Source: Candidatus Levyibacteriota bacterium (GTDB lineage Bacteria; Patescibacteriota; Microgenomatia; Levybacterales; UBA12049). Taken from it: a stretch of 64,000 bases of DNA. Under the pieces are notes generated by a model. That model worked only from the letters and a program-made list of their open reading frames with translations. It was not told the DNA's origin and made no database searches. The first letter of the stretch is position 1. Each line of letters starts with the position of its first letter. This document shows, in pieces, positions 18,777 through 28,937 of the stretch. The position numbers and the translations under genes are program-made. The DNA lies in NCBI GenBank assembly GCA_963790825.1, contig CAWBPM010000002.1, forward strand, positions 4,721 through 68,720, in the 5' to 3' direction.

Positions 18777-19185
18777 ACAAACGCAAAAAAAACATCGTTT
18801 TACTCTGCCAATTATTCTGGCTGTCATTGTTCTGCTTATTGGCAGTATGATCTATGCAGTTTTTTATTTACTTAATAAACCGCTTTTTGTGAGTCCTGTC
18901 GGAATTCTGACAATGAATCATCCGGAGCCTCAGGAACAGAAAAGCGTAGATAGGGTCAAACATTTATTGAAACAAAACAAAATAGCGTTCAAATCGATAA
19001 AACTTAGCTCGCAAAATACTGTTATAATAAGCTTGAGAGATCAAGGAGAAGTAATCTTAAACAGTAAAGGGAATATAGAGGCGCAAATCTCCTCTTTACA
19101 ATACATCCTTACTCGTCTTACAATGGAAGGTAAGCGCTTTTCACGACTTGATATGGAATTTAATAAACCTATAATAAATTTTTAG
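18742..19185 (+). CDS. ftsQ: short FtsQ/DivIB-like cell-division protein (TM anchor plus POTRA-like region only)
   Basis: Basic N-terminus, a single TM helix and a small periplasmic domain. Its position between murG and ftsA supports the call. Confidence 0.45.
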   Translation: MWQRKRKVKLRRQTQKKHRFTLPIILAVIVLLIGSMIYAVFYLLNKPLFVSPVGILTMNHPEPQEQKSVDRVKHLLKQNKIAFKSIKLSSQNTVIISLRDQGEVILNSKGNIEAQISSLQYILTRLTMEGKRFSRLDMEFNKPIINF

Positions 19186-19186
19186 C

Positions 19187-20494
19187 ATGGCAAATATGAA
19201 TGACGCAAAAATAATTGTCGGTATTGACGTGGGAACATATAAAATTGCCACTGTTATTGCCAAAATTGACGAATCAGTCAATATCCTCGGCGTATCTGAA
19301 ATAAAATCAGCAGGGATTCGAAAAGGTCAGATTGTGGATATAGAGGAAGCGGTTAGCGCAATCAATGCGTCCCTTGAAGCATCTGAGCGCATGGCAGGCT
19401 ATAATGTCTCACGTGTTACCGCATCAATTGGCGGAAACCAGATAGAAAGTCTGAACTCACGTGGTGTCGTAGCAGTTTCCACGCCTCAAGGAGAAATATC
19501 GCCTGAAGATTTAGTACGCGTTATTGATGCCGCAAAGGCGATTTCAATGCCCTCGACCCGAGAAATAATTCACGTATTGCCAAGAAATTACATCGTCGAC
19601 GGACAAGAGGGGATTAAAGATCCGATCGGAATGTCGGGAGTAAGACTTGAAGTTGATACCCATATAATCTCTGCCAACAGTATTTCAGTACGGAACTTGG
19701 ATAAAGCATTTTCCCAAGTCGGAGTTGATGTCGAAAACTTCGTTTTCAGTGGTTATGCAAGTTCTCTCGCGGTATTGTCAGACACTGAGAAAGAATTAGG
19801 CGTCGTACTGGTAGATGTTGGTGCGGGAACCACGGATATCTCAATCTACACAGAAGGATCAGTGTCGTACTCGTCGGTTTTGGCAATTGGTGCGCGTCAC
19901 ATCACGAACGATTTGGCGATTGGTCTTCGTATTTCTCTGGAAAGTGCTGAAAAAATTAAACTCTTTCTTTCTCAAAATTACGGCATGAAGCATGTACTTC
20001 GTCCTGAAGAAGACGGTGAAAAGACCAAAGAGCATAAGCCATCTGATGAAATCGACTTAAGCTCTTTAAGTCTACCTGAAGAACTCAGAAAAGTTTCACA
20101 AAAGACGCTGGTAGAAGGTATCATCAGGCCAAGGTTGAATGAAATTTTCACTATGGTAGGACTTGAAATTAAAAAGAGTGGGTTTGGCGGACAAACGCCG
20201 GCAGGGCTGGTCATAACAGGAGGAGGAGCATTAACAGTTGGCATTAAAGACTCCGCAAAACGAATGCTCGCGATGCCTGTTCGGGTGGGAAGTCCGGTAA
20301 ATATTAAAGGAATTATTGACGAAGTACAGAATCCGGCTTTTTCGACAGTTGTCGGACTCACCATGTATGGAGCTAGAAACAGCGAAGAAACAAGACCTGG
20401 AAAATTCGCTGTTTCACTACCGGGATTTCTCGGTAATAGTAGCGGAAAAGTACTCAGAAAACTGTTTGAACTCATAAAATCGTTTATTCCCTGA
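19187..20494 (+). CDS. ftsA: cell division protein FtsA
   Basis: Actin-fold blocks IVGIDVGT and VVLVDVGAGTTDIS. Lies immediately upstream of ftsZ. Confidence 0.9.
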   Translation: MANMNDAKIIVGIDVGTYKIATVIAKIDESVNILGVSEIKSAGIRKGQIVDIEEAVSAINASLEASERMAGYNVSRVTASIGGNQIESLNSRGVVAVSTPQGEISPEDLVRVIDAAKAISMPSTREIIHVLPRNYIVDGQEGIKDPIGMSGVRLEVDTHIISANSISVRNLDKAFSQVGVDVENFVFSGYASSLAVLSDTEKELGVVLVDVGAGTTDISIYTEGSVSYSSVLAIGARHITNDLAIGLRISLESAEKIKLFLSQNYGMKHVLRPEEDGEKTKEHKPSDEIDLSSLSLPEELRKVSQKTLVEGIIRPRLNEIFTMVGLEIKKSGFGGQTPAGLVITGGGALTVGIKDSAKRMLAMPVRVGSPVNIKGIIDEVQNPAFSTVVGLTMYGARNSEETRPGKFAVSLPGFLGNSSGKVLRKLFELIKSFIP

Positions 20495-20546
20495 TACTTA
20501 GAAACTTGCAAAAGGAGCATCTTTCTGCTACGATCTGGCGTGACAT

Positions 20547-21707
20547 ATGCTAATAAAACCCCAGTCTGATAACTTCGCAAAAATTCGCGTGATCGGTGTT
20601 GGTGGCGGTGGAGGAAACGCAATCGGTTCTATGATTTCAACGAGTACGATTCAGGGTGTTGATTTCATCGCAATCAATACCGACGCTCAAGCGCTTCTTC
20701 GCAATAAAGCAGATACAAAAATTCAAATCGGTGAGAATCTAACCAAGGGTCTGGGTAGCGGTGGCGATCCAGAGATTGGTCGTCAAGCGGCGGAGGAATC
20801 AGCAGAGAAAATTAAACACATGCTGGAAGGATCGGATATGGTATTCCTGACAGCAGGAATGGGTGGAGGTACGGGAAGCGGGGCCACATCAGTCGTCGCA
20901 TCAATTGCAAAAGAAGTCGGAGCATTAACTGTCGCAGTAGTCACAAAACCGTTTTCATTTGAAGGTACTCGTAGAATGGTAGCAGCTGAGGATGGAATAG
21001 ATAGCGTTAAAGATAAAGTAGATACCCTTATAGTTATTCCAAACCAAAGAATTCTCGATGTTGTTGACCGGAAACTTTCGCTTATGGATGCATTTAAAGT
21101 AGCGGATTCAGTTCTTACCCAAGGTGTTCAGGGAATTTCGGAAATTATTACCCGTCCGGGACTGATCAATGTCGACTTTGCGGATGTTCGGACGATTATG
21201 TCCAGCGCTGGATCTGCCTTAATGGGTATCGGCACCGGAATTGGCGAAAATCGGGCTCAAGCGGCAGCAAGAAGTGCGATCTCATCCCCACTTCTTGAAA
21301 TATCAATGGATGGAGCTAGGGGAGTGCTGTTTAATATTGTCGGTGGTCCAGATCTCACAATGACAGAGGTTGATGAGGCAGCAAAGATTATCGCTTCTGC
21401 AGCAGATCCTGATGCGAATATTATTTTCGGCGCAACAATTGATGAAAATATGCATGACCAGATCCGGCTTACCGTAGTTGCAACGGGTTTTGACCAGACC
21501 AAACAGAGGCTTCGGGAATTTATGCCAACTCCTAGACAAACAATCCCGACTACGACATCTTCACCGTCACAAAATATACAAGATCCGTCTCAACCACAAC
21601 AAGCAGGAAATACACTTAATCCGACAAATAACCAATCAAATAAACCCAGCGAGCCGGAAGCTGAAGACGAATGGGACATCCCCGCGTTTCTAAGACAGAA
21701 AAATTAA
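20547..21707 (+). CDS. ftsZ: cell division GTPase FtsZ
   Basis: GVGGGGGNA and GGGTGSGA tubulin signature, plus a C-terminal DIPAFLR tail. Confidence 0.95.
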   Translation: MLIKPQSDNFAKIRVIGVGGGGGNAIGSMISTSTIQGVDFIAINTDAQALLRNKADTKIQIGENLTKGLGSGGDPEIGRQAAEESAEKIKHMLEGSDMVFLTAGMGGGTGSGATSVVASIAKEVGALTVAVVTKPFSFEGTRRMVAAEDGIDSVKDKVDTLIVIPNQRILDVVDRKLSLMDAFKVADSVLTQGVQGISEIITRPGLINVDFADVRTIMSSAGSALMGIGTGIGENRAQAAARSAISSPLLEISMDGARGVLFNIVGGPDLTMTEVDEAAKIIASAADPDANIIFGATIDENMHDQIRLTVVATGFDQTKQRLREFMPTPRQTIPTTTSSPSQNIQDPSQPQQAGNTLNPTNNQSNKPSEPEAEDEWDIPAFLRQKN

Positions 21708-21769
21708 CAATAGATTGCCTTTTGGTTCTTTTAAGATAGTACAATTTTATCTATAATAGTAACATAATT

Positions 21770-22342
21770 GTGAAAGCCAGTATGGAAGAGTACGTAGTTT
21801 TAGTGAATGAAAAAAATGAAGTTGTGGGGACGCAGGAGAAGATGTCTGCACATAGCGCCCAGACGCCGCTTCACCGGGGAATATCAGTGTTTCTTTTCGA
21901 TAAAAAAGGCAACTTTCTACTCCAGCAAAGAAGTAATAAGAAAAAAACATGGCCACTGGTCTGGTCAAACAGTTGTTGCGGTCACCCAAAATTGAATGAG
22001 ACAAGTATTGATACGGCTAAAAGACGACTTGCATATGAATTGGGCATAACTGATGCAAAGATCACTGTCGTTTTGCCCGACTACCGCTACCGGTTTACAA
22101 TACAAGGTGTTTGGGAAAATGAATTTTGTCCAGTTATGGTGGGTTTTACAGATCAAAAGCCTACGATTAATACTGACGAAGTTGAAGCAGTAAAATGGAT
22201 AACATGGAAAGAGTGGTTAAGTGAGGTACAAAAAAATCCTGATAAATATTCTCAGTGGTGTATTGAAGAAACAAACCTGCTTACGAAAAACAAAAGTTTT
22301 CGCGATCTTCTTGAGCAAGTTGATAAAAAATCTATATTTTGA
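21770..22342 (+). CDS. idi: isopentenyl-diphosphate delta-isomerase, type 1 (Nudix)
   Basis: WSNSCCGHP active-site block and Nudix-like glutamates. Confidence 0.75.
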   Translation: MKASMEEYVVLVNEKNEVVGTQEKMSAHSAQTPLHRGISVFLFDKKGNFLLQQRSNKKKTWPLVWSNSCCGHPKLNETSIDTAKRRLAYELGITDAKITVVLPDYRYRFTIQGVWENEFCPVMVGFTDQKPTINTDEVEAVKWITWKEWLSEVQKNPDKYSQWCIEETNLLTKNKSFRDLLEQVDKKSIF

Positions 22343-22473
22343 AAACAAAAAATAGTTTATCTAAGTTATTTCATGTGTTAAAAGATGAAGCGTGCAGTAT
22401 TCTTGCAGCAGGAAAATTAATTACCAACTTTTAGAATAAAGAATATATCTCAACTATTTGCTATGATAGACTC

Positions 22474-23346
22474 ATGCGGATAGAGGTAAAAAGGGTTAGA
22501 TGGGGAAGAACATCACTATTGGTAATACTATTTCTTTGTTTACTTTTTATCCTCGGAGGCCTTCTAGGACGCAAAATTATAAAAACAGAACTGCCACTGT
22601 CGCCACCACGACCACTAAATGTATTATTTATTGGTAACAGCTATACTTCTGTCAATTCTCTCCCAACCATCTTTCAGGAAATAGCAGTTAGTGCCGGACA
22701 GACTAGCCCTGTTGTTGATTCTTATACACCCGGTGGATATACTCTTACGCAACATCTGGCTGATGCAAAAGTTCGCTCATTACTCGAAAGTGAATCACCA
22801 AACGGTGAGCATTGGGACGCGGTAGTTCTACAGGAGCAAAGTACTACACCTGCGTATGCCCAAGTAAACCAGAATATACATGACACATCTCTGGCAAGCG
22901 CTTCCGGATTATATACATTAATTAAAAATACCAATCCGAATACCCATGTCATTTTGTATGAAACTTGGGCTCGGAAAGCAAATTTATGGGGTACCAGCAG
23001 CATTGATCCGCTAGGATTTGGCGCTGATCCTCAGGAGATGCAAAGGAGAATTCAGGTTTGGTATGAAGAAGCTAAGGAAATTATGGACCAGCTGGGCGGA
23101 CCTGAGGTTACTATCGCACGTGTGGGAGAGTATTGGCAAATGAATAATCAATCGACAAGCCCTATTCAACTATTTGCTTCCGATGGATCTCATCCAGATT
23201 TCGCCGGTTCATATCTTGCGGGTCTTGTTATTTTTTCAACAATTTATAATGTTTCGCCAAGTGTTGTAAGCTACATCGGATCTTTGCCTACTGCCGATGC
23301 AGCGCGGCTTAAGGGATTGACCAGTAACTTACCAAACGCGAAATAA
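22474..23346 (+). CDS. secreted SGNH/GDSL-like hydrolase
   Basis: Signal/TM helix, a FIGNSYT block (GDS-like) and a C-terminal DGSHP block (DxxH). Confidence 0.5.
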   Translation: MRIEVKRVRWGRTSLLVILFLCLLFILGGLLGRKIIKTELPLSPPRPLNVLFIGNSYTSVNSLPTIFQEIAVSAGQTSPVVDSYTPGGYTLTQHLADAKVRSLLESESPNGEHWDAVVLQEQSTTPAYAQVNQNIHDTSLASASGLYTLIKNTNPNTHVILYETWARKANLWGTSSIDPLGFGADPQEMQRRIQVWYEEAKEIMDQLGGPEVTIARVGEYWQMNNQSTSPIQLFASDGSHPDFAGSYLAGLVIFSTIYNVSPSVVSYIGSLPTADAARLKGLTSNLPNAK

Positions 23347-23396
23347 CTATGTAACACCAGAATCTTGTGCTATAGTTAATAAGTTAATTGTAATAC

Positions 23397-24017
23397 ATGA
23401 GAAGCATACTCGTCGAGGAAATTTTAAATAGTATTACTCATGGAATCGGAGTATTGCTAAGTCTTTTAGGATTAATAATTCTTCTTATCATCGCATTTAA
23501 CACACACAACATCTGGAAAATTACCGGTTTTAGTATTTTCGGGATTTCGTTACTACTTGTCTATTTTTTCTCGACATTATTCCACAGTCTAATTTTTAGC
23601 AAAGCAAAAAAAGTATTTCTAATACTTGATCAATCATCAATATTTCTCCTCATTGCCGGGACATATACACCATTATTACTATTGTTTTTTCGCAACTGGT
23701 TTGGCTGGATACTGCTCGTCATCATTTGGAGCATATCGATTATAGGAATTATCTTAAAGTCAATTAATCTCAAAGAAAACGGAAAAATGTGGGTATATTT
23801 ATATCTTGGTCTTGGCTGGATGAGTCTAATAATTTTAAAACCGCTCGTATCTGTATTGCCGCTGCAAAGTATTTTATTGTTATTCTTAGGGGGAATGTGC
23901 TATACGCTCGGAGTATTATTCTACCTCTTTAAAAAACTTCCTTTTACCCATGCTATCTGGCATATTTTTGTTATATTTGGGAGTACCTGTCATTTCTTAA
24001 TGCTCTATCGTTTGTAA
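23397..24017 (+). CDS. hemolysin III / PAQR family membrane protein
   Basis: 7-TM topology, an FHS block and a C-terminal HAIWHIFVIFGSTCH motif. Confidence 0.65.
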   Translation: MRSILVEEILNSITHGIGVLLSLLGLIILLIIAFNTHNIWKITGFSIFGISLLLVYFFSTLFHSLIFSKAKKVFLILDQSSIFLLIAGTYTPLLLLFFRNWFGWILLVIIWSISIIGIILKSINLKENGKMWVYLYLGLGWMSLIILKPLVSVLPLQSILLLFLGGMCYTLGVLFYLFKKLPFTHAIWHIFVIFGSTCHFLMLYRL

Positions 24018-24082
24018 AAAGAAGACCGACCATTATTACTGCATTTTTTCAAAACCAGTGCTATAATCTGATGTAGTAAGAT

Positions 24083-25012
24083 ATGGTAACAGAACGAGAA
24101 GCCGTTCATAATGCCCTGCCGACCGATCTGACACTTACTTCGGAAACACCTTTTAATTACCAAGCAGGGGTCAGATTAACCCATGTGTACCACGAAACAG
24201 ATAGGGTCTTTCGTATTGCCGCCAAACAAAATGCTCATAGACTATCCCGATCAATTTATCAAGACAACAACAACCAGCAAATTGCATTAACGCCAGCAAC
24301 AGTTTACCAGGGACTTCGCGAAATCTATTTCTACGGTTCTCTTCAGAGTGAGTGGGGACGAGACGGAGAAGCGATAGAAAGTCTTTATGCGATGATGTCA
24401 AAAAAATTAAAAGAGGTATCTTCACCGGGTTCAATCAGCAAACCTACGCAACTGATAGATATTGTAAAAACCACCAAAACTCTAAGTCGTGCGCCTATTG
24501 AAGAAAAAAGTATGGTGCTTGAAAAAATTGGACGGGATAAGATCAATAACCTTGATCCGGGAGAGCAAATTGCGACATCAACCCGATTAAGCGCAATCGA
24601 TACAGCATTAACGACGGGCTCAGGTGCTGTTGTAATGATCTATGCGGGAGGGCATCTCACTCTCAGTGGAAACATCCTGCAAGACGTACTATTGGCTCTT
24701 TCGTCTGAAGTAATCAGTCTCGGTCTTCTTCCGTTTGTAGCCAAGCAGCATGAGAATCTTATCAAAAAAAAGGGAACCTGCCAAAATGCAGTAGTAACGA
24801 TACTGCATTATTTGGGAATTGACAAGCCAGTTCTGGGAACAATGTCTGCTCAGGTTGCTATTGATGCTGCTCTATCCGTTCTCCTGTTTTTCAATGTGGG
24901 TCGCGCAGCATACTTGGCCGGACGCGGAGTGAATGCACTTAACAGCCTAGGTCTTCTTGCTTTTAATAAGTGGTGGCTTAATAAAAAAGAAAATGAGTCC
25001 CAGACAAAATAA
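24083..25012 (+). CDS. hypothetical protein (no recognisable domain)
   Basis: A 309 aa ORF with good coding periodicity. Its local GC content is higher than that of its neighbours. Confidence 0.5.
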   Translation: MVTEREAVHNALPTDLTLTSETPFNYQAGVRLTHVYHETDRVFRIAAKQNAHRLSRSIYQDNNNQQIALTPATVYQGLREIYFYGSLQSEWGRDGEAIESLYAMMSKKLKEVSSPGSISKPTQLIDIVKTTKTLSRAPIEEKSMVLEKIGRDKINNLDPGEQIATSTRLSAIDTALTTGSGAVVMIYAGGHLTLSGNILQDVLLALSSEVISLGLLPFVAKQHENLIKKKGTCQNAVVTILHYLGIDKPVLGTMSAQVAIDAALSVLLFFNVGRAAYLAGRGVNALNSLGLLAFNKWWLNKKENESQTK

Positions 25013-25212
25013 AATTTCTCTAATTATTCTCAAGAATATTAGAATAAGTCATCAGTGTTGTGGGTTGAGTATATTCTAATATCATGACAAGTTAAGTTTA
25101 TAGTAAAAGGATTTACCAATCGCCGGCAAATTAAAATAACTTAACTTTTAGAGAATAAGTAGGAACTTTCGGTTCAGGATATTGCAAAGAAGGTGAAGGA
25201 AAATAGGAGAAC

Positions 25213-26331
25213 CTAAGACAAGAGAGATAATTTTCTTCTCGTTTTCCTAACGACCAGCCTCCCTTGCCGGTAACGGTTAACCGGTCCTTCAATAAATAAT
25301 ATTAGTAGCAGTGATAGGAAAAGGATAGTGGTGATCGTTATAATGGTAAAAAGTTCTGACTGCTTCTGGTGTAAATTCGCTAAAACGTCCATAACAAATT
25401 GATGGCAAATATACATTGGATAAGAAAACAGACCAAAAATTCTATCGACTCTACTCGTCTTAGTCAACTGAAAAACAAACGGGATACCAATGAATAATAA
25501 TCCAAAATACGTAAGCTGCATAATATCGATACCACGTTCCGGATCTCCGGGAAGGAAACTATAAAATATGGTAAAAAGAATAAGAAGAAAAAACATGATA
25601 AGAGAAAAGATAGGATATTTTTTCTTCATTTTCCATTTGTATATCCGATACGAGAAGATGCCGGCTAAAAAAAACAGTAGCTCCGTCGGGAAAAATCTAT
25701 TCGTCCACGGTTCTTGGTGTAGGCCAATTTTATATAAATACATGCGAAGTAGTAAGCTCAAAAGCGCGAGAACCACAAGAAACCGGAGTTTTCTTTTTAG
25801 CAAAAAAGGAGCAAGGAGGTAGAAGACAAATTCAAGACTCAGTGTCCATGCTTGTGGGATGAAAAGGAAATCGTATAAAAGAGGATGTGTCGTTAAGTAA
25901 TTATTTGTGAAGAAAAACGTACCGTGTGTCACGTTGAGCCCCAGAAACATCACGAAATCCATCCCAACAATAAAAAGATTGACAAAAACTAAATACCCAA
26001 GCGTTAAAGGATTTAATGCGTTACTATTATGGATATAAATATCCAGTTTGCTTACCTGTCCGAAATGTAAGAAAAGATATGAAGTAAGTAGAGATAAAAT
26101 AAGGATAACAAGATAGGTTGGGTAAATACGAAGGATACGATTCGTTAGGAAAAGTTTATATGAGCTATTTTCTCCGACATATTTTTTATCAAGAATAAGA
26201 GAAATATAAAACCCGGAGAATATAAAAAAGGCTTGCACTGCCATTTTTCCGCCAATAAGTGTAGTTCCGAAAAATTGACCGGTATGGACACTGATGACAC
26301 TGAGAGAAAAAAGGAACCTAAGCAGTCCCAT
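25213..26331 (-). CDS. acyltransferase family 3 (OafA/OatA-like) membrane O-acyltransferase
   Basis: N-terminal VHTGQFFG...AVQAFFIFSGFY block and a 10-TM pattern. It is a paralogue of 56204..57274. Confidence 0.7.
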   Translation of the reverse strand: MGLLRFLFSLSVISVHTGQFFGTTLIGGKMAVQAFFIFSGFYISLILDKKYVGENSSYKLFLTNRILRIYPTYLVILILSLLTSYLFLHFGQVSKLDIYIHNSNALNPLTLGYLVFVNLFIVGMDFVMFLGLNVTHGTFFFTNNYLTTHPLLYDFLFIPQAWTLSLEFVFYLLAPFLLKRKLRFLVVLALLSLLLRMYLYKIGLHQEPWTNRFFPTELLFFLAGIFSYRIYKWKMKKKYPIFSLIMFFLLILFTIFYSFLPGDPERGIDIMQLTYFGLLFIGIPFVFQLTKTSRVDRIFGLFSYPMYICHQFVMDVLANLHQKQSELFTIITITTILFLSLLLILFIEGPVNRYRQGRLVVRKTRRKLSLLS

Positions 26332-26420
26332 ATCATTATACTATAAAGAAAATAAGTAAGTTTGTCACTTCTTTATTGGTGAAAGGTTGGGGTTAAATTC
26401 CTAAATACGAAAAATGTTTT

Positions 26421-26747
26421 TTACCTATTTTTATGCTTTCCCCTTTCTTTCGTGAAATTGAAAGCATCGAGAATAAATGGCTCAATGCGGGGGAAGTCGT
26501 CTATGCCTATAACTTCTGTTTGTGCCCATGTTTTTCCAAAATCAAATTTCTCAAATCCCGTTTCAAGTGACATTTCAAAACAATCAGGGGATAAAATCAA
26601 CCATATAACGACTATCTCATTATCTACGGCTTTGTATCCGCCAAATAAATTCTTTCCCGTATACATGCAGATCCAGCCGAAAGAATTGGAGAACCGAACC
26701 TGGCCAATTCTATTTGTATAATCCAAAAGCATTTCTTCAAGATTCAT
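26421..26747 (-). CDS. small TfoX-N-terminal-like / YjbR-like protein
   Basis: A NLFGGYKAV block resembling the MFGGY core of TfoX_N. Weak support. Confidence 0.3.
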   Translation of the reverse strand: MNLEEMLLDYTNRIGQVRFSNSFGWICMYTGKNLFGGYKAVDNEIVVIWLILSPDCFEMSLETGFEKFDFGKTWAQTEVIGIDDFPRIEPFILDAFNFTKERGKHKNR

Positions 26748-26785
26748 ACAGAATAAATTCTAGCAGATTTCTGTAAATACAGATT

Positions 26786-27331
26786 ATGATTCACCATATT
26801 TACCAATTAAAGCACACTGCTTGCGTAATGATAAGTGTATGTGTAAAAATAAATAGAGTGAAACGTTTTACACAGCTTATTTTTTTTATCCTCGGCTGCG
26901 AACTGGTGGGATTCCTGGCAACACCATTTACCCTCTCAGCCATCCCTACCTGGTACGTGGGACTTAACAAACCTTTTTTCAGCCCGCCAAACTGGGTATT
27001 TGGTCCGGTCTGGACGACACTCTATTTTCTCATGGGCATTTCCGCCTATCTCATTTGGCAAGAGGGATATAAAAAGAAAAAAGTGCGCACTGCACTGCGT
27101 TTGTTTACTATTCAATTAACACTTAACTTCCTCTGGTCTTTGTTTTTCTTCGGTCTTCATTCGACTATTCTGGGACTTTTAGATATTGGAGCACTTTTGT
27201 ATTACATCATCTTATCAATCACTGCCTTTTATAAACTATCGAAAACCGCTGCGAATCTTCTTCTCCCATATCTGCTTTGGGTCAGCTTCGCCTCACTTCT
27301 CAATATTGCAATCGTTCTTCTTAATTCATAA
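26786..27331 (+). CDS. tspO: TspO/MBR family tryptophan-rich sensory protein
   Basis: FFSPPNWVFGPVWTTLYFLMGIS block and a 5-TM fold. The start may be the internal Met at about 26828. Confidence 0.65.
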   Translation: MIHHIYQLKHTACVMISVCVKINRVKRFTQLIFFILGCELVGFLATPFTLSAIPTWYVGLNKPFFSPPNWVFGPVWTTLYFLMGISAYLIWQEGYKKKKVRTALRLFTIQLTLNFLWSLFFFGLHSTILGLLDIGALLYYIILSITAFYKLSKTAANLLLPYLLWVSFASLLNIAIVLLNS

Positions 27332-27379
27332 TCAAAAATACCTTGCAAAAATAATGTATACTATAGTGTAATTACGCGT

Positions 27380-28114
27380 ATGGAAATAAAAGATAAGGTT
27401 GTTATTATTACCGGGGCGTCTTCAGGTATCGGAGAAGCAACAGCTAAACTGTTTGCAAAAAAAGGTGCGAAGGTCGTTCTCGCTTCCCGCTCAAGAAAGA
27501 AACTCGAAATACTTTCCCGGAAACTTCCCAATTCTTTCGTTATTCAGACTAACATGACGAAAGAAAACGAAATAAAAGAAATGGTAAAAAAAACACTGGG
27601 CCGATTTGGCAGAATAGATATCCTGATTAATAATGCCGGACAGGGATACGACAGCCCGGTTGAGTTGATTAATATAAATACATTTCACAAAATATTTGAT
27701 CTTGATGTTCTGGGCACCGTAATTGCCATGCAGCAGGTAATCCCACTGATGAGAAAACAGGGAAAGGGAGTTATCGTCAATATCAGCTCGGGTACGGCGC
27801 TCATGATTTTACCCGGTATGAGTGCATATGCAGGCTTGAAGCAGGCACTGGCGAAAATCAGTTTGACTGCTCGGGAAGAATTAAAAAAAGATAATATCAG
27901 TGTCAGTGTAGTGTATCCTTATATCACGGAGACGGATTTTGAGAAAAACACAATCAGAGAATCGAAACGAAAAAATTGGGATCGAGGAGGAGACAGCGGA
28001 TATCGACCGCCTCCTGCCGATCCGCCCGAGTTTGTTGCCGGAAAGATTCTTGAGGCAGTAGAAAGCGAAGCAGCAGAAATAGTCGTCCATGATTGGATGA
28101 AAAACAGAGGTTAA
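27380..28114 (+). CDS. short-chain dehydrogenase/reductase (SDR)
   Basis: VVIITGASSGIGEATAK Rossmann motif, an NNAG block and a YxxxK motif (YAGLK). Confidence 0.8.
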   Translation: MEIKDKVVIITGASSGIGEATAKLFAKKGAKVVLASRSRKKLEILSRKLPNSFVIQTNMTKENEIKEMVKKTLGRFGRIDILINNAGQGYDSPVELININTFHKIFDLDVLGTVIAMQQVIPLMRKQGKGVIVNISSGTALMILPGMSAYAGLKQALAKISLTAREELKKDNISVSVVYPYITETDFEKNTIRESKRKNWDRGGDSGYRPPPADPPEFVAGKILEAVESEAAEIVVHDWMKNRG

Positions 28115-28240
28115 CTAAAGAAATAAATCATTCCGAGCAAAATTGAAAAATAATACTTAGTCGACCTAAAAAACTTCTCGAACAACAAGAAATTTAATAC
28201 TCCTGATTACTTTTTTACGAAAATGGTACAATAACGGAAG

Positions 28241-28912
28241 ATGAAATTTTTAGTCTCACTCATTTTTATAGCTATAATTGCACTGACAGTTTATAGGTAT
28301 ATGTCTAAGGAAGTAAATCGAACGAAAAAACAAAAACATTTGAAAATATACCGCAAGCCATTAGTAGTGACAGGTATAGTTGTAATTGTACTTCTGGGAT
28401 TTCTAGCTTTCCTGATGTATAGAGCTGGAACTGTTCCGGATACCCAGTGTACAACAGTACATGCATTAACGTCGAATCCTCCGGTAAGTCTAAACTCTGC
28501 GCTGGATTATTTTCTAGAGGGGAACTACGACTATGACAGTGGAAATTGTCGGAAGGCAATCGCCGACTACGGAACGTCCATCAGGCTTAACCCTAATTAT
28601 CCCGAAGCATACAATAATCGCGCATACACCTATATGCGAATGCAAAATTATCAAGCAGCCTTATTGGATTTAAATAAAGCACTGGTGTTAAACCCTGATT
28701 ATATACAAGCCTTAATGAACAGGGGAGATATTCATAATTATTATTTTGCCATCGATAGGCAAAGTGCAATTTTTGATTATAAGAAAGTTATTGCCCTCAA
28801 TGGTGCGCAGGGTACAAGTGTCTGTGGACATTTATTTTTGGCAGAACATAACGGCTGGAATCTAGGAACAATCTTAGACTTTCCAAGAGTAGTTTTCAGT
28901 ATGTGTAAATGA
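28241..28912 (+). CDS. membrane-anchored TPR-repeat protein
   Basis: Two N-terminal TM helices followed by TPR repeats (NPNYPEAYNNRAYTY..., NPDYIQALMNRG). Confidence 0.6.
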   Translation: MKFLVSLIFIAIIALTVYRYMSKEVNRTKKQKHLKIYRKPLVVTGIVVIVLLGFLAFLMYRAGTVPDTQCTTVHALTSNPPVSLNSALDYFLEGNYDYDSGNCRKAIADYGTSIRLNPNYPEAYNNRAYTYMRMQNYQAALLDLNKALVLNPDYIQALMNRGDIHNYYFAIDRQSAIFDYKKVIALNGAQGTSVCGHLFLAEHNGWNLGTILDFPRVVFSMCK

Positions 28913-28937
28913 ATTTAGCGAAATACAATTATTTATT

